64,000 nt of DNA, from NCBI GenBank assembly GCA_943349075.1, contig CALQYY010000001.1:8312-72311 (forward strand), written 5' to 3'. The stretch's first letter is position 1. Each line of letters begins with the position of its first letter. Source of the DNA: Candidatus Magasanikiibacteriota bacterium (GTDB lineage: Bacteria; Patescibacteriota; Patescibacteriia; Magasanikbacterales; 2-02-FULL-50-9b). This document shows, piece after piece, positions 49,831 through 59,517 of the stretch. The translations under genes were made by a program, and so were the position numbers. The notes under the pieces are model-generated. The model did not search any database, had not been told where the DNA came from, and saw only the letters and a list, made by a program, of their open reading frames with translations.

Positions 49831-50616
49831 ATGTCTGAGATTAAAGATTTGTATGGTCAGCTACTTGAGCTGACTGCGGGTTACCAGGATATTGATGTTG
49901 GGGCGATGCGGGCTGATGCAAAGCGTCGCGGTATTGACCCTGAGTTTATGAACTGGCTGGTGGATCGTCTGGAACACTACAAGGACGAGATGGTGGTGAC
50001 GCGCCGGTCACTTTTGGATATGAAGCCATGGGACATTGTGGAGGGCGTACTGCTCAACATGGCTCGTGCGTTCTTTCAGATCTGGGGCATCGAAGTCTAT
50101 TTGCGTTCGAAAGGTCAACGCTTCACGCAGCCGATCATTAGCTACCCCGAACCGGGAGTAGAGGTGCTCGTGCATGCAGTGAAGGACGACCGATACCTTT
50201 TGCGTCTGCGTCAGGCTCCGGGTGGCAGCGACAGCCGAAGCAAGCTCGGCTTTGTCCCAGGGCTCACAGCATCAGCCTCTCACCTCAAGGGGCTCGACGC
50301 TGCGAAGCATCCGGCACGGGCACATCTTATTGAGCTCGCGCTCCAAAAATTCTCGGAGCTTCCGAACGACAGGATCCCGGCATGGTTCTTCATGCCCAAG
50401 GATCAGGCTCGCTATGACAATTCCTACAACTTCGTCGTGCCGCTGCGTGTCTGTAACAAGAGCAGTGTGCCGGAGATTGATGATCCGGATGAGTTATGGC
50501 TCAGCCCTGCAGAAGTGCTTTTTTGCGCGCGCTGGTGTCTGCTCGACCAGCATGCGTACGAGGCGTTCGGCGCGCTCCGTATTGTCGAGGATGTACTGCT
50601 TCGGGTACACCCGTAG
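49831..50616 (+). CDS. hypothetical protein, possibly a divergent third member of the 2,3-dehydratase-like/Nudix-fold family
   Basis: LLRLRQAPGGSDSRSKLGFVPGLTAS aligns loosely with the QAKAEPGN...LTSTIQAS block. The C-terminal DDPDELWLSPAEVLF parallels the WxTxAEL region of the paralogs. Confidence 0.4.
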   Translation: MSEIKDLYGQLLELTAGYQDIDVGAMRADAKRRGIDPEFMNWLVDRLEHYKDEMVVTRRSLLDMKPWDIVEGVLLNMARAFFQIWGIEVYLRSKGQRFTQPIISYPEPGVEVLVHAVKDDRYLLRLRQAPGGSDSRSKLGFVPGLTASASHLKGLDAAKHPARAHLIELALQKFSELPNDRIPAWFFMPKDQARYDNSYNFVVPLRVCNKSSVPEIDDPDELWLSPAEVLFCARWCLLDQHAYEAFGALRIVEDVLLRVHP

Positions 50617-50634
50617 TGGTTTCGGCAGCAGTTG

Positions 50635-50686
50635 GACAGCGGCACGTATTCTTCGGGATTCGTGCCGCTGTCCTCTTTTTTATTTT
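50635..50686 (+). terminator. intrinsic terminator closing the high-GC island
   Basis: gacagcggcacg...cgtgccgctgtc 12-bp stem followed by ctcttttttatttt. Confidence 0.6.
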
Positions 50687-50857
50687 CGGAGTTTGGAAAA
50701 TGGTGTCGACACTATTAATGAGTCTTTGGGCGCTTCCGGGAGACTGCGCACAAGCATTCGCGCGCAACATTATGTTGCGCATCGCGAATGCGCGGAGGAA
50801 CAAGTGAATTTCGCGGTTAAGCGAAATGAGCGGTCTCGCGGAAGCGCCCAAAAACTC

Positions 50858-50886
50858 TTGACAGCCTTTCAAAATTCCGCTAAACT
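50858..50886 (+). promoter_or_regulatory. str-operon promoter (TTGACA, 17-nt spacer, TAAACT)
   Basis: Consensus -35 with a 17-nt spacer, about 80 nt upstream of rpsL. Confidence 0.5.
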
Positions 50887-50965
50887 CTCCCTACATTCCT
50901 TTCAAAACTTATTCTCTCATCTGCGCGCGGCTGGAATGTGAACCGCTGCCAGAGTAACCAGTGCT

Positions 50966-51430
50966 ATGCCTACCATGAGCCAATTGCTCCGTAAGGGGCG
51001 TACGCCGGCGAAGAAGAAGAGCAAGTCTCCTGCAATGCAGTGGACTTTAGATTCTCTCCATCGCCGTCGTCACGAAATTAAAGACGGTGCGCCATTTAAG
51101 CGCGGCGTTTGTACAAAGGTGACAACAATGACACCTAAAAAGCCTAACTCAGCTATCCGTAAAGTAGCTCGTATTCGTTTATCAAACGGTATGGAAGTTA
51201 CTGCCTACATCCCAGGTGAAGGTCACAACTTGCAGGAACACTCAATCGTTATGATTCGTGGTGGTCGTGTTAAGGATCTTCCAGGTGTGCGCTACCATAT
51301 CGTTCGCGGTGTGTTTGATGCACAAGGTGTTGCAGGTCGTCGTCGAAGCCGTTCGATTTACGGTATGAAGAAGCCAAAAACTCCAGCTGTAAAGCCGGTT
51401 GCAAAGGCTAAGAAGGGTAAGAAGAAATAA
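50966..51430 (+). CDS. rpsL: 30S ribosomal protein S12 with an internal insertion of about 12 aa and a Lys-rich C-terminal tail
   Basis: [14 protein letters not shown] and [13 protein letters not shown] motifs. An extra segment, [21 protein letters not shown], precedes KRGVCT. Confidence 0.9.
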   Translation: MPTMSQLLRKGRTPAKKKSKSPAMQWTLDSLHRRRHEIKDGAPFKRGVCTKVTTMTPKKPNSAIRKVARIRLSNGMEVTAYIPGEGHNLQEHSIVMIRGGRVKDLPGVRYHIVRGVFDAQGVAGRRRSRSIYGMKKPKTPAVKPVAKAKKGKKK

Positions 51431-51431
51431 T

Positions 51432-51899
51432 ATGCGTGGAAAACAAGCTCCAAAGCGTGATATCACGCCAGACCCAATTTACAACAACCCAACTCTTGGT
51501 AAATTCATCAACTTCTTGATGTTCTCAGGTAAAAAGAACACTGCACAGAATATTGTGTATGGTGCTTTTGATATCATCAAAAAGAAAGAGGACAAAGACG
51601 CTCTTGAAATCTTCGAAACTGCACTCAACAACGTTGGGCCTTCAGTTGAAGTAAAGTCAAAGCGTGTTGGTGGTTCAAACTACCAGGTGCCAATCCCAGT
51701 TAAGCCAGAGCGCAAGAATTCACTCGCTATGCGTTGGATTATTGACGCAGCTCGCGCAAAGAAGGGTCGCGCTATGCAGGAAAAACTTGCAGAAGAAATT
51801 ATGCTTGCTGCAAAAGGTGAAGGTGATGCAATGAAAAAGCGTGCAGATGTGCACCGCATGGCAGAATCAAACCGCGCGTTCGCTCACTTCGCTTACTAA
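51432..51899 (+). CDS. rpsG: 30S ribosomal protein S7
   Basis: Start set at MRGKQ. VEVKSKRVGGSNYQVP and DVHRMAESNRAFAHF motifs. Confidence 0.9.
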   Translation: MRGKQAPKRDITPDPIYNNPTLGKFINFLMFSGKKNTAQNIVYGAFDIIKKKEDKDALEIFETALNNVGPSVEVKSKRVGGSNYQVPIPVKPERKNSLAMRWIIDAARAKKGRAMQEKLAEEIMLAAKGEGDAMKKRADVHRMAESNRAFAHFAY

Positions 51900-51911
51900 T
51901 CGATCATTTTT

Positions 51912-53990
51912 ATGCCCCGAGATTATTCTCTCTTGCACACACGTAACTTCGGTATTATTGCGCATATTGATGCGGGTAAGACAACTGTTTCAGAACGTAT
52001 TTTGTTCTACACAGGTAAGAAGCATAAAATTGGTGAAGTTCACGAAGGTGAAGCAACCATGGACTGGATGGAACAGGAGCGCGAACGTGGTATTACCATT
52101 ACAGCTGCTGCGACAACATGTTTTTGGAAGGACACTCGCATGAACCTCATCGATACTCCAGGACACATCGACTTTACTGTTGAAGTTAAGCGCTCACTTC
52201 GCGTGCTTGACGGTGCTGCGGTTATTTTCGATGGTGTTGCGGGTGTTGAACCACAGTCAGAAACCAACTGGCGCTACGCTGATGAATTGAACGTTCCACG
52301 TCTCTGTTTCATCAACAAGCTCGACCGTACTGGTGCTGACTTCTATAAGGACGTGAAGTCAATTCATGATCGTTTGACGAAGAATGCAATTCCAATGCAG
52401 CTTCCAATCGGTCAGGAAGGTGGTTTCCGTGGTTTCGTTGACTTGCTTCGCATGAAATCGGAAGTTTACTACGATGAAATGGGAAATGATGTTCGCGAAG
52501 AAGAAGTTCCTGCAGATATGCTTGAAAAAGCAAAAGAATATCGCGCAGTTCTTGTTGAAAAGATTGTTGAAAATGACGAAAGCGCAATGAATCGCTACCT
52601 CGCGGGTGAAGAAATTCCTCTCGATGAGCTCAAGAAAATCATTCGTAAAGCAACAATCGCTGGTACTTTCATCCCAATTTTGTGTGGCAGTGCTTTGAAG
52701 AACAAGGGTGTTCAATTCTTGCTTGACGCAATCGTTGACTATCTCCCAAGTCCTCTCGACGTACCACCAATCGTTGGTCATGATCCAGACGATGAAACTG
52801 TTGAAATTCTCCGCCACGCTGATGACTCAGAACCGTTTACAGCGCTCGCGTTTAAAGTTGCCGCTGATCCATTCGTGGGTAAGCTCACTTTCTTCCGCGT
52901 GTACTCAGGTACTTTGAAGTCAGGTTCATACGCACTCAACTCATCAACAGGTGAAAAAGAGCGCTTTGGACGTATCGTGCGTTTGCATGCAAACACACGT
53001 GAGGACGTAGAAGAAGTTTACGCAGGTGATATCGCAGCTGCTGTTGGTCTCAAATCAACAACAACAGGTAACACTTTGTGCGACCTCGAAAAGACAGTAC
53101 TTCTTGAAAAGATTGTGTTCCCAGAGCCTGTTATCTCGCTCGCTATTGAGCCAAAGACAAAGCAGGATCAGGAAAAGATGGGTATGGCTCTTCAGAAGCT
53201 TGCTGAAGAAGATCCAACATTCCGTGTTCACACCGACGAAGAAACCATGCAGACAATTATTGCTGGTATGGGTGAATTGCATCTCGATATTATCGTAGAT
53301 CGCATGAAGCGCGAATTTAAGGTTGAAGCGAATGTAGGCGCTCCTCAGGTTGCGTTTAAAGAAGCAATTCGTGGCGCAGCAGAAGCAGAAGGTAAATACG
53401 TTAAGCAGTCTGGTGGTCGTGGTCAGTTTGGCCATTGCTGGATTAAAGTTGAGCCAAATGAAGGTGGTAAGGGCTTTGAATTCATTGATGCTGTTAAGGG
53501 TGGTGTAATTCCAAAAGAATATATCGCACCTATCGAAAAAGGTATCAAGGAAACCATGCAGCGTGGTGTTTTGGCTGGCTACCCAATGCTCGACATTATC
53601 GCGACTGTGTACGATGGTTCATACCACGAAGTTGATTCGTCTGAAGCTGCGTTTAAAGTTGCAGGTTCGATGGCGTTCCGTGAAGCATGTACCAAAGCAG
53701 GTCTTATGCTCCTCGAGCCAGTTATGAAAGTTGAGGTACTCACACCAGAATCAAACATGGGTGATGTTATCGGAAACATTTCATCAAAGCGTGGTGTTGT
53801 GCGCGAAATGCGCGACCGCGTTGGCATCAAAGTTGTGGACAGCGAAATTCCACTCGCTTCGATGTTTGGTTACGCAACTGAACTTCGTTCAATGACTCAG
53901 GGCCGTGCATCATACTCAATGGAATTCAGCCACTACGCTGAAGTTCCACGCAATGTTGCAACCGAAGTAATTGAAGGACGCAAGAAATAA
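51912..53990 (+). CDS. fusA: elongation factor G
   Basis: [10 protein letters not shown]1 motif, and DTPGH, NKLD and EF-G domain IV/V signatures. Confidence 0.95.
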   Translation: MPRDYSLLHTRNFGIIAHIDAGKTTVSERILFYTGKKHKIGEVHEGEATMDWMEQERERGITITAAATTCFWKDTRMNLIDTPGHIDFTVEVKRSLRVLDGAAVIFDGVAGVEPQSETNWRYADELNVPRLCFINKLDRTGADFYKDVKSIHDRLTKNAIPMQLPIGQEGGFRGFVDLLRMKSEVYYDEMGNDVREEEVPADMLEKAKEYRAVLVEKIVENDESAMNRYLAGEEIPLDELKKIIRKATIAGTFIPILCGSALKNKGVQFLLDAIVDYLPSPLDVPPIVGHDPDDETVEILRHADDSEPFTALAFKVAADPFVGKLTFFRVYSGTLKSGSYALNSSTGEKERFGRIVRLHANTREDVEEVYAGDIAAAVGLKSTTTGNTLCDLEKTVLLEKIVFPEPVISLAIEPKTKQDQEKMGMALQKLAEEDPTFRVHTDEETMQTIIAGMGELHLDIIVDRMKREFKVEANVGAPQVAFKEAIRGAAEAEGKYVKQSGGRGQFGHCWIKVEPNEGGKGFEFIDAVKGGVIPKEYIAPIEKGIKETMQRGVLAGYPMLDIIATVYDGSYHEVDSSEAAFKVAGSMAFREACTKAGLMLLEPVMKVEVLTPESNMGDVIGNISSKRGVVREMRDRVGIKVVDSEIPLASMFGYATELRSMTQGRASYSMEFSHYAEVPRNVATEVIEGRKK

Positions 53991-54014
53991 AGCGGTTAAA
54001 AGCCGGAATATAGA

Positions 54015-54038
54015 GCCGCCCGAAAGGGCGGTTTTATA
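54015..54038 (+). terminator. intrinsic terminator after fusA
   Basis: gccgccc-gaaa-gggcgg hairpin followed by ttttat. Confidence 0.55.
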
Positions 54039-54096
54039 TTCTTCTTGTTTGAATTTTGTGTGTGCGGTACTATGTTTTAGTAGATTTTATATTTTT

Positions 54097-54783
54097 ATGG
54101 ATCATTTGAAATACATGGTGGCATACGCAGAACCTCTCATGAAAAAAGGGGTTTTAGATGTTGGTAGCGGAGAGGGTGATTTTGTTATTGCAGCTGCAGC
54201 AGCAGGTTTTAATGCTGCAGGCATTGAGTTGAATCCAGATAAGGTTGAGATCGCACGAGCAATTCTTGTGCAGAAACGATTAAAAGCGGAAATTCGGGAG
54301 GGTGTTGGAGAAAAAATGCCATTTCCGGATGAAATGTTTGGTTTTGTAAATTGTAGCGAAGTGACAGAACATGTGGAGAACACAGAGGAGGTTTTGAAGG
54401 AGATTTTTAGAGTTTTGATTCCTGGGGGAGTTGCGTATCTAAGTTTTCACAACCGATACGGTTATTTTGATCAGCATTTTAAAATGTTTGGAATTAATTG
54501 GATGCCACGTGCGTGGGCAGATGTTATTTGCCGACGGCAAGAGAAGATCCGTAAATATAACGGAAAGTCGGGGAGACAGCTTTTGGGAGAGATGCATTAT
54601 TTCCGATATAGCCAAATCGTAAAAATGCTTAATTCATTGGGGTTTCGAGTTCAAGATACGCGTGAACTGCGAATTGAGAAAAGGTTTAAAAATTTATTAG
54701 TTAAAAGCCTTGTTTTAGCTATTTACCGCGTGTTTCGGTGCACATTCATCAATACGTTCCATGTGCTTGCAACAAAAGCTTGA
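54097..54783 (+). CDS. class I SAM-dependent methyltransferase inserted between fusA and tuf
   Basis: VLDVGSGEGDF motif I (start set at MDHLKY) and a Methyltransf_11/25-like core. Confidence 0.6.
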   Translation: MDHLKYMVAYAEPLMKKGVLDVGSGEGDFVIAAAAAGFNAAGIELNPDKVEIARAILVQKRLKAEIREGVGEKMPFPDEMFGFVNCSEVTEHVENTEEVLKEIFRVLIPGGVAYLSFHNRYGYFDQHFKMFGINWMPRAWADVICRRQEKIRKYNGKSGRQLLGEMHYFRYSQIVKMLNSLGFRVQDTRELRIEKRFKNLLVKSLVLAIYRVFRCTFINTFHVLATKA

Positions 54784-54808
54784 CACGTCCGCTAAGATTA
54801 GCTACAAT
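54780..54808 (+). promoter_or_regulatory. sigma70-like promoter for tuf (TTGACA, 17-nt spacer, TACAAT)
   Basis: Consensus hexamers overlap the 3' end of the methyltransferase gene, about 165 nt upstream of tuf. Confidence 0.5.
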
Positions 54809-54974
54809 ACCGCCGTATCCTAAATCTGAGCGCGCAAGCAGAACGTTGGAAAAGCAGGAAAGTGGTGTGAGATCATCGTAGATTATCCCCACTTGCAGGT
54901 TTTTCTAAGTTCTGCTATAGTACTGCTCACTTTGGAACAACGAAATTTTCTCTTAATTAAGCGAATAACGTCAT

Positions 54975-56165
54975 ATGGCAAAATTCGAACGAACAAAACC
55001 ACACGTTAACGTAGGTACTATTGGCCACGTTGACCACGGAAAGACAACATTGACAGCTGCTATTTTGGCAGTTGCATCAGCTAGCGGTTACGCAGCAACC
55101 CACAAGAAGGTTGACGAAATCGATGGTGCTCCAGAAGAAAAAGCACGTGGAATTACAATTTCAACTGCTCATGTTGAATACGAATCTGCTGCTCGCCACT
55201 ACGCACACGTTGACTGTCCAGGACATGCTGATTATGTGAAGAACATGATCACTGGTGCTGCTCAGATGGATGGTGCTGTACTCGTAGTATCAGCAACTGA
55301 CGGTCCTATGCCTCAGACTCGTGAGCACATCTTGCTCGCTCGTCAGGTTGGTGTACCACACATCGTTGTTTTCCTTAACAAAGTTGACATGGTTTCAGAT
55401 CCAGAACTTATCGACCTCGTTGAAGAGGAAGTTCGCGATCTCTTGAAGAAATACGAGTTCCCTGGCGACACAACTCCTATTATCCGTGGTTCAGCTCTTA
55501 AGGCTCTTGAGAACCCAGGTGACAAAGAAGGTGCTGCAAAGCCTGTTCTTGACCTCCTCGCAGCTCTCGACAGCTTTATCCCAACTCCAGAACGTGCAAC
55601 AGATAAGACTTTCCTCATGCCAGTTGAAGACGTGTTCTCAATTGAAGGCCGTGGAACAGTAGTAACTGGTCGTATCGAACGTGGAATGATCAAGATTAAC
55701 GAAGAAGTTGAAATCGTTGGTCTCGGTGAAACACGCAAAACTGTTGTAACTGGTATCGAAATGTTTAATAAACAGCTCGATGAAGGTATGGCAGGTGACA
55801 ACGCTGGTCTTCTCCTCCGTGGTATCAAGAAGGAAGATGTAGAACGTGGTATGGTTCTTGCAAAAACAGGATCAATCAAGCCACACACTGAATTTACAGC
55901 TTCTGTATACTGCTTGACTAAGGAAGAAGGTGGACGCCACAAGCCATTCTTTAACGGCTACAAACCACAGTTCTACATCCGTACAACAGATGTGACTGGT
56001 GAGGTTGTACTCGCAGAAGGCACAGAAATGGTTATGCCTGGTGACCGCACAGAAATGACAATTAAACTTATTACTCCAGTTGCTATGGAAGACCAGATGC
56101 GCTTCGCTATCCGCGAAGGTGGACGCACGGTTGGTGCAGGTGTTGTAACTAAGATCATCAAGTAA
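54975..56165 (+). CDS. tuf: elongation factor Tu
   Basis: [21 protein letters not shown] and NKVD motifs. Confidence 0.95.
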   Translation: MAKFERTKPHVNVGTIGHVDHGKTTLTAAILAVASASGYAATHKKVDEIDGAPEEKARGITISTAHVEYESAARHYAHVDCPGHADYVKNMITGAAQMDGAVLVVSATDGPMPQTREHILLARQVGVPHIVVFLNKVDMVSDPELIDLVEEEVRDLLKKYEFPGDTTPIIRGSALKALENPGDKEGAAKPVLDLLAALDSFIPTPERATDKTFLMPVEDVFSIEGRGTVVTGRIERGMIKINEEVEIVGLGETRKTVVTGIEMFNKQLDEGMAGDNAGLLLRGIKKEDVERGMVLAKTGSIKPHTEFTASVYCLTKEEGGRHKPFFNGYKPQFYIRTTDVTGEVVLAEGTEMVMPGDRTEMTIKLITPVAMEDQMRFAIREGGRTVGAGVVTKIIK

Positions 56166-56261
56166 TCGATCGAGTTAGCGAGCCAAAGGAAACTTTGGCT
56201 CGTTGTACTCCACCGATGTGGCGGAGAAAGAAGTTAAGGTATTCACGTTAGTTATACGCAC

Positions 56262-56612
56262 ATGTCTACAGTAATTGCGGAAGAAAAAAAGAAAGTAGAA
56301 GAGGCAGCTGGCCAACGCATTCGTCTTAAAGTTCGTGCGTTCGATCACAAGATTATTGATGCTGCGACTCGCACCATCATTGAGACTGTTGAACGATCAG
56401 GAGCAAAGGTTCGTGGTCCTGTACCACTTCCAACTTTGATTAAAAAGTTTACGGTTAACCGTTCAACTTTTGTACACAAAGATGCTCGCGAACAGTTTGA
56501 GATGCGTACACACGTTCGATTGCTCGACATTCTTGAGCCAACTGCAAAAACAGTTGACTTGCTTATGTCACTCGCGCTTCCTGCAGGCGTGGACGTAGAA
56601 ATTAAAATGTAA
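56262..56612 (+). CDS. rpsJ: 30S ribosomal protein S10
   Basis: [16 protein letters not shown]...GPVPLPT signature. Confidence 0.9.
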   Translation: MSTVIAEEKKKVEEAAGQRIRLKVRAFDHKIIDAATRTIIETVERSGAKVRGPVPLPTLIKKFTVNRSTFVHKDAREQFEMRTHVRLLDILEPTAKTVDLLMSLALPAGVDVEIKM

Positions 56613-56635
56613 GACCACGATTTCTTTGGGGGGAG

Positions 56636-56700
56636 GAAATCAGAAGCTAGCCACGGCACGTCCCATAAGGATACGACCGTAACTGACTTCTGGTTTTTTG
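56636..56700 (+). promoter_or_regulatory. stem-loop plus U-tract in the rpsJ-rplC spacer (possible attenuator or processing site)
   Basis: tcagaagc...(37 nt)...acttctgg followed by ttttttg, within an unusually long (about 155 nt) spacer inside the S10 operon. Confidence 0.3.
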
Positions 56701-56769
56701 TTACCGAAAGCTCCGCTCAGTGTTAGGTGCTGATGAGCTACAATAACCACGGATAACCACCGATAAGGT

Positions 56770-57480
56770 ATGAAATTCATTCTTGGAAGAAAACTCGACA
56801 TGACACAGGTGTTCCGCCCAGATGGTGCGGTAATTCCTGTTACTCGTATTCAGGCAGGTCCTATTACTGTTACTCAGATCAAGAAACAAGGAAATGATCA
56901 GGTTGCAGTACAGGTAGGTTTTGAAACTACCGGTAAAACATTAAGCAAAGCGATTCAGGGTCACTTGAGTGGTTTGCCAATGTTCCGCGTACTCAAAGAG
57001 TTCCAGACAACACAGCCAGTTAAGCGCGGTGATGTGATTTTGGCAGATACATTTGTAGCTGGCGAACTCATCAACGTAACTGGTACATCAAAAGGTAAGG
57101 GTTTCGCAGGTGTAGTTAAGCGCCATCATTTCCGTGGTGGTCCTGCTTCTCACGGTCATAAGGACAACTTGCGCGCTCCTGGTTCTATTGGTGCAGGTGG
57201 TGTGCAGCGCGTGTTCAAAGGAATGCGTATGGCAGGTCACATGGGTGATGAGCAGGTAACTGTTCAGAACTTGGAAATCGTTGCAGTAGATACAGAGAAA
57301 AATGAGATTTTGATTAAGGGTGCTGTTCCAGGCGCTCGTAACTCACTCATTGTTTTAAAAACAAATGCAGGCGACCTTGTAGTTAAGGCGGCAGAAGAAG
57401 TTTCTGCTCCTGAGGAAGTTGTTGCAGAAACAGGCACTGACGTCGAAGGTGTTGAAGAGAAGACTGAAGTAATTGCTTAA
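56770..57480 (+). CDS. rplC: 50S ribosomal protein L3 with an acidic C-terminal tail
   Basis: GRKLDMTQVF start and the FRGGPASHGHKDNLRAPGSIG signature. Confidence 0.9.
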   Translation: MKFILGRKLDMTQVFRPDGAVIPVTRIQAGPITVTQIKKQGNDQVAVQVGFETTGKTLSKAIQGHLSGLPMFRVLKEFQTTQPVKRGDVILADTFVAGELINVTGTSKGKGFAGVVKRHHFRGGPASHGHKDNLRAPGSIGAGGVQRVFKGMRMAGHMGDEQVTVQNLEIVAVDTEKNEILIKGAVPGARNSLIVLKTNAGDLVVKAAEEVSAPEEVVAETGTDVEGVEEKTEVIA

Positions 57481-57481
57481 T

Positions 57482-58120
57482 ATGTCGGTAAATCTTAAGA
57501 CATACAATGTAAAGGGTGAAAAAGTTGGAGAGCTTTCAACTGACAGTCTCTTGTTCAACGAAGAAGTGAAGCCAAGTGTTGTTCATGAAGTTTATACACT
57601 TCTCACATCAAACATGCGTCAGGGAGGTGCTCATACCAAAACTCGCGGCGAAGTTCGCGGTGGTGGTAAGAAGCCTTGGAAACAGAAAGGTACTGGCCGT
57701 GCTCGTCACGGTTCAATCCGATCTCCAATCTGGGTTGGTGGTGGTGTGACTTTTGGTCCACGCAAAGAAAAGAGCTATAAGCGTTCAGTTAACAAGCAGG
57801 TTGCACGTAAGGCACTTCGTATGGTGCTCACAAATCGCGCAGCTGAAGATCACATTTTTGTGATGACTGACTGGAACACCGAAGGTAAAACTAAGGGTTT
57901 TGCAGAGCTTATCAAAGGACTTGGTATTTTGGGCCGCTCAGTGCTTGTAGTTACTCCTGGAAACGGAAAGAACGAAAAAGCATATCTTGCAGCTCGTAAT
58001 ATTGAGCGCGTTGATGTTGTGCCAGCAAATGAAGTAAATATTGCTGAACTTCTTGAGCACATGTATCTCGTAATTAACGAAGACACCATGAAGTCTCTCG
58101 AACAGCTGTTTGTGAAGTAA
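57482..58120 (+). CDS. rplD: 50S ribosomal protein L4
   Basis: KPWKQKGTGRARHGS signature. Confidence 0.9.
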   Translation: MSVNLKTYNVKGEKVGELSTDSLLFNEEVKPSVVHEVYTLLTSNMRQGGAHTKTRGEVRGGGKKPWKQKGTGRARHGSIRSPIWVGGGVTFGPRKEKSYKRSVNKQVARKALRMVLTNRAAEDHIFVMTDWNTEGKTKGFAELIKGLGILGRSVLVVTPGNGKNEKAYLAARNIERVDVVPANEVNIAELLEHMYLVINEDTMKSLEQLFVK

Positions 58121-58121
58121 T

Positions 58122-58661
58122 ATGGGAATCTTAAAAAAAGTAAAAGACCTTGCAGGTCTCGAAACAAAAGAAGAACCAAAGAAACCGCGCGCTAAAAAAG
58201 CAGCTGCTTCTTCAGATACTGAAGAAAAGCCAAAGGCAAAGCGTGTTTCAAAGAAGGTTGCTCCAGCTGCAGCGGTGGAAGAGCACAATCATGAAGATCA
58301 CGCAGGTCACGACCACTCACACGAGGAAGGTTCTGTGATTATGCACGCACCTGAATCAGTTCAGGCTGCAATTGGTATAGGTGCTACAAAGTACATCCTC
58401 AAACCACTTGTTACAGAAAAGGGAACATACGCAGCAGAATACAATACTTACTTGTTCGCAGTTCTTCCACACGCTGGAAAGCTCGCTATCAAGCAGGCAA
58501 TTGAAAAGCTCTACGGTGTTACAGTAACTAAGATCCGTACCATGCGCTACGATGGTAAGGTTGTTCGCTCAGGTCGTATCGAAGGTCGTCGATCGAACTT
58601 TAAGAAAGCTTATGTGACGGTTGCAAAAGGCCAGTCGATCACGATTCATAAGGGTGTTTAA
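58122..58661 (+). CDS. rplW: 50S ribosomal protein L23 with an N-terminal extension of about 85 aa (Lys/Ala-rich plus a His-rich motif)
   Basis: The L23 core (KYILKPLVTEKGT...KKAYVTVAKGQSI) is preceded by an extension containing HNHEDHAGHDHSHEE. It is translationally coupled to rplD, though an alternative internal start at MHAPES is possible. Confidence 0.8.
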   Translation: MGILKKVKDLAGLETKEEPKKPRAKKAAASSDTEEKPKAKRVSKKVAPAAAVEEHNHEDHAGHDHSHEEGSVIMHAPESVQAAIGIGATKYILKPLVTEKGTYAAEYNTYLFAVLPHAGKLAIKQAIEKLYGVTVTKIRTMRYDGKVVRSGRIEGRRSNFKKAYVTVAKGQSITIHKGV

Positions 58662-58666
58662 ATAAT

Positions 58667-59512
58667 ATGGCAGTAAAGCGATATAAACCAACCACAAACG
58701 CCCGTCGTCAGAGCAGTGTCGACACTTTTTCAGACGTTACAAAGTTTGAACCAGTTAAGTCGCTCACTATCTTCCGCAAATCAACCGGTGGACGTAACAA
58801 TACCGGTAAAATCACTGTTCGCCATCGTGGCGGAGGTGCACGTCGTTACACACGTGTTGTTGACTTTGTAGCAAACAAATTCGACATGCCTGCAACAGTA
58901 ATTGCAATCGAATACGATCCAAATCGTGGTGCACGTCTCGCACTTCTTGAGTACACCGACCTTACAAAAACCTACATGATCGCACCGCAAGGTCTTTCAG
59001 TTGGTGACATTGTCATGTCTTCAAAGGATTTGATTGAATCAAAAACAGGAAACCGCATGCCACTCAAGCACATTCCAACAGGTATCATGGTTCACAATAT
59101 TGAACTTAAGCCTGGACAGGGTGGAAAGATGGTTCGTGGTGCTGGTATGGGAGCTCAGCTCATGGCTATCGAAAATGGCATGGCAACTCTCCGTATGCCA
59201 TCAAGCGAAATCCGCATGGTTCTCGCAGACAGCGCTGCAACAGTTGGTAGCGTTGGAAATTCAGACCATAACCTCATTCGTTGGGGTAAGGCTGGACGTA
59301 CACGTCTCCGCGGTATCCGCCCAACCGTTCGTGGTAAGGTTATGAATCCAGTTGACCATCCACACGGTGGTGGTGAAGGACGTAACCCAATCGGTATGAA
59401 GTTTGCAAAAACTCCATGGGGTAAGCATGCACACGGTGTTAAAACTCGTGATCACAAGAAATACAGCAGCAAATTCATTGTAAGCCGTCGCGCTAACAAG
59501 AAGAAGAAATAA
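58667..59512 (+). CDS. rplB: 50S ribosomal protein L2
   Basis: [16 protein letters not shown] and HPHGGGEGR motifs. Confidence 0.95.
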   Translation: MAVKRYKPTTNARRQSSVDTFSDVTKFEPVKSLTIFRKSTGGRNNTGKITVRHRGGGARRYTRVVDFVANKFDMPATVIAIEYDPNRGARLALLEYTDLTKTYMIAPQGLSVGDIVMSSKDLIESKTGNRMPLKHIPTGIMVHNIELKPGQGGKMVRGAGMGAQLMAIENGMATLRMPSSEIRMVLADSAATVGSVGNSDHNLIRWGKAGRTRLRGIRPTVRGKVMNPVDHPHGGGEGRNPIGMKFAKTPWGKHAHGVKTRDHKKYSSKFIVSRRANKKKK

Positions 59513-59517
59513 ACCAT

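Noticed and set aside
46650-50690. Classical mobile element (IS or prophage) as the explanation for the high-GC island
   Set aside because: There is no integrase, transposase or recombinase gene, and no terminal inverted or direct repeats. I could not find a tRNA gene at the edge. Horizontal origin is still inferred from composition.
54810-54974. tRNA genes upstream of tuf, which are common in many bacteria
   Set aside because: I found no cloverleaf-compatible sequence or GTTCGA/TTCAAAT T-loop motifs, only a short hairpin (aagtgg…ccactt).
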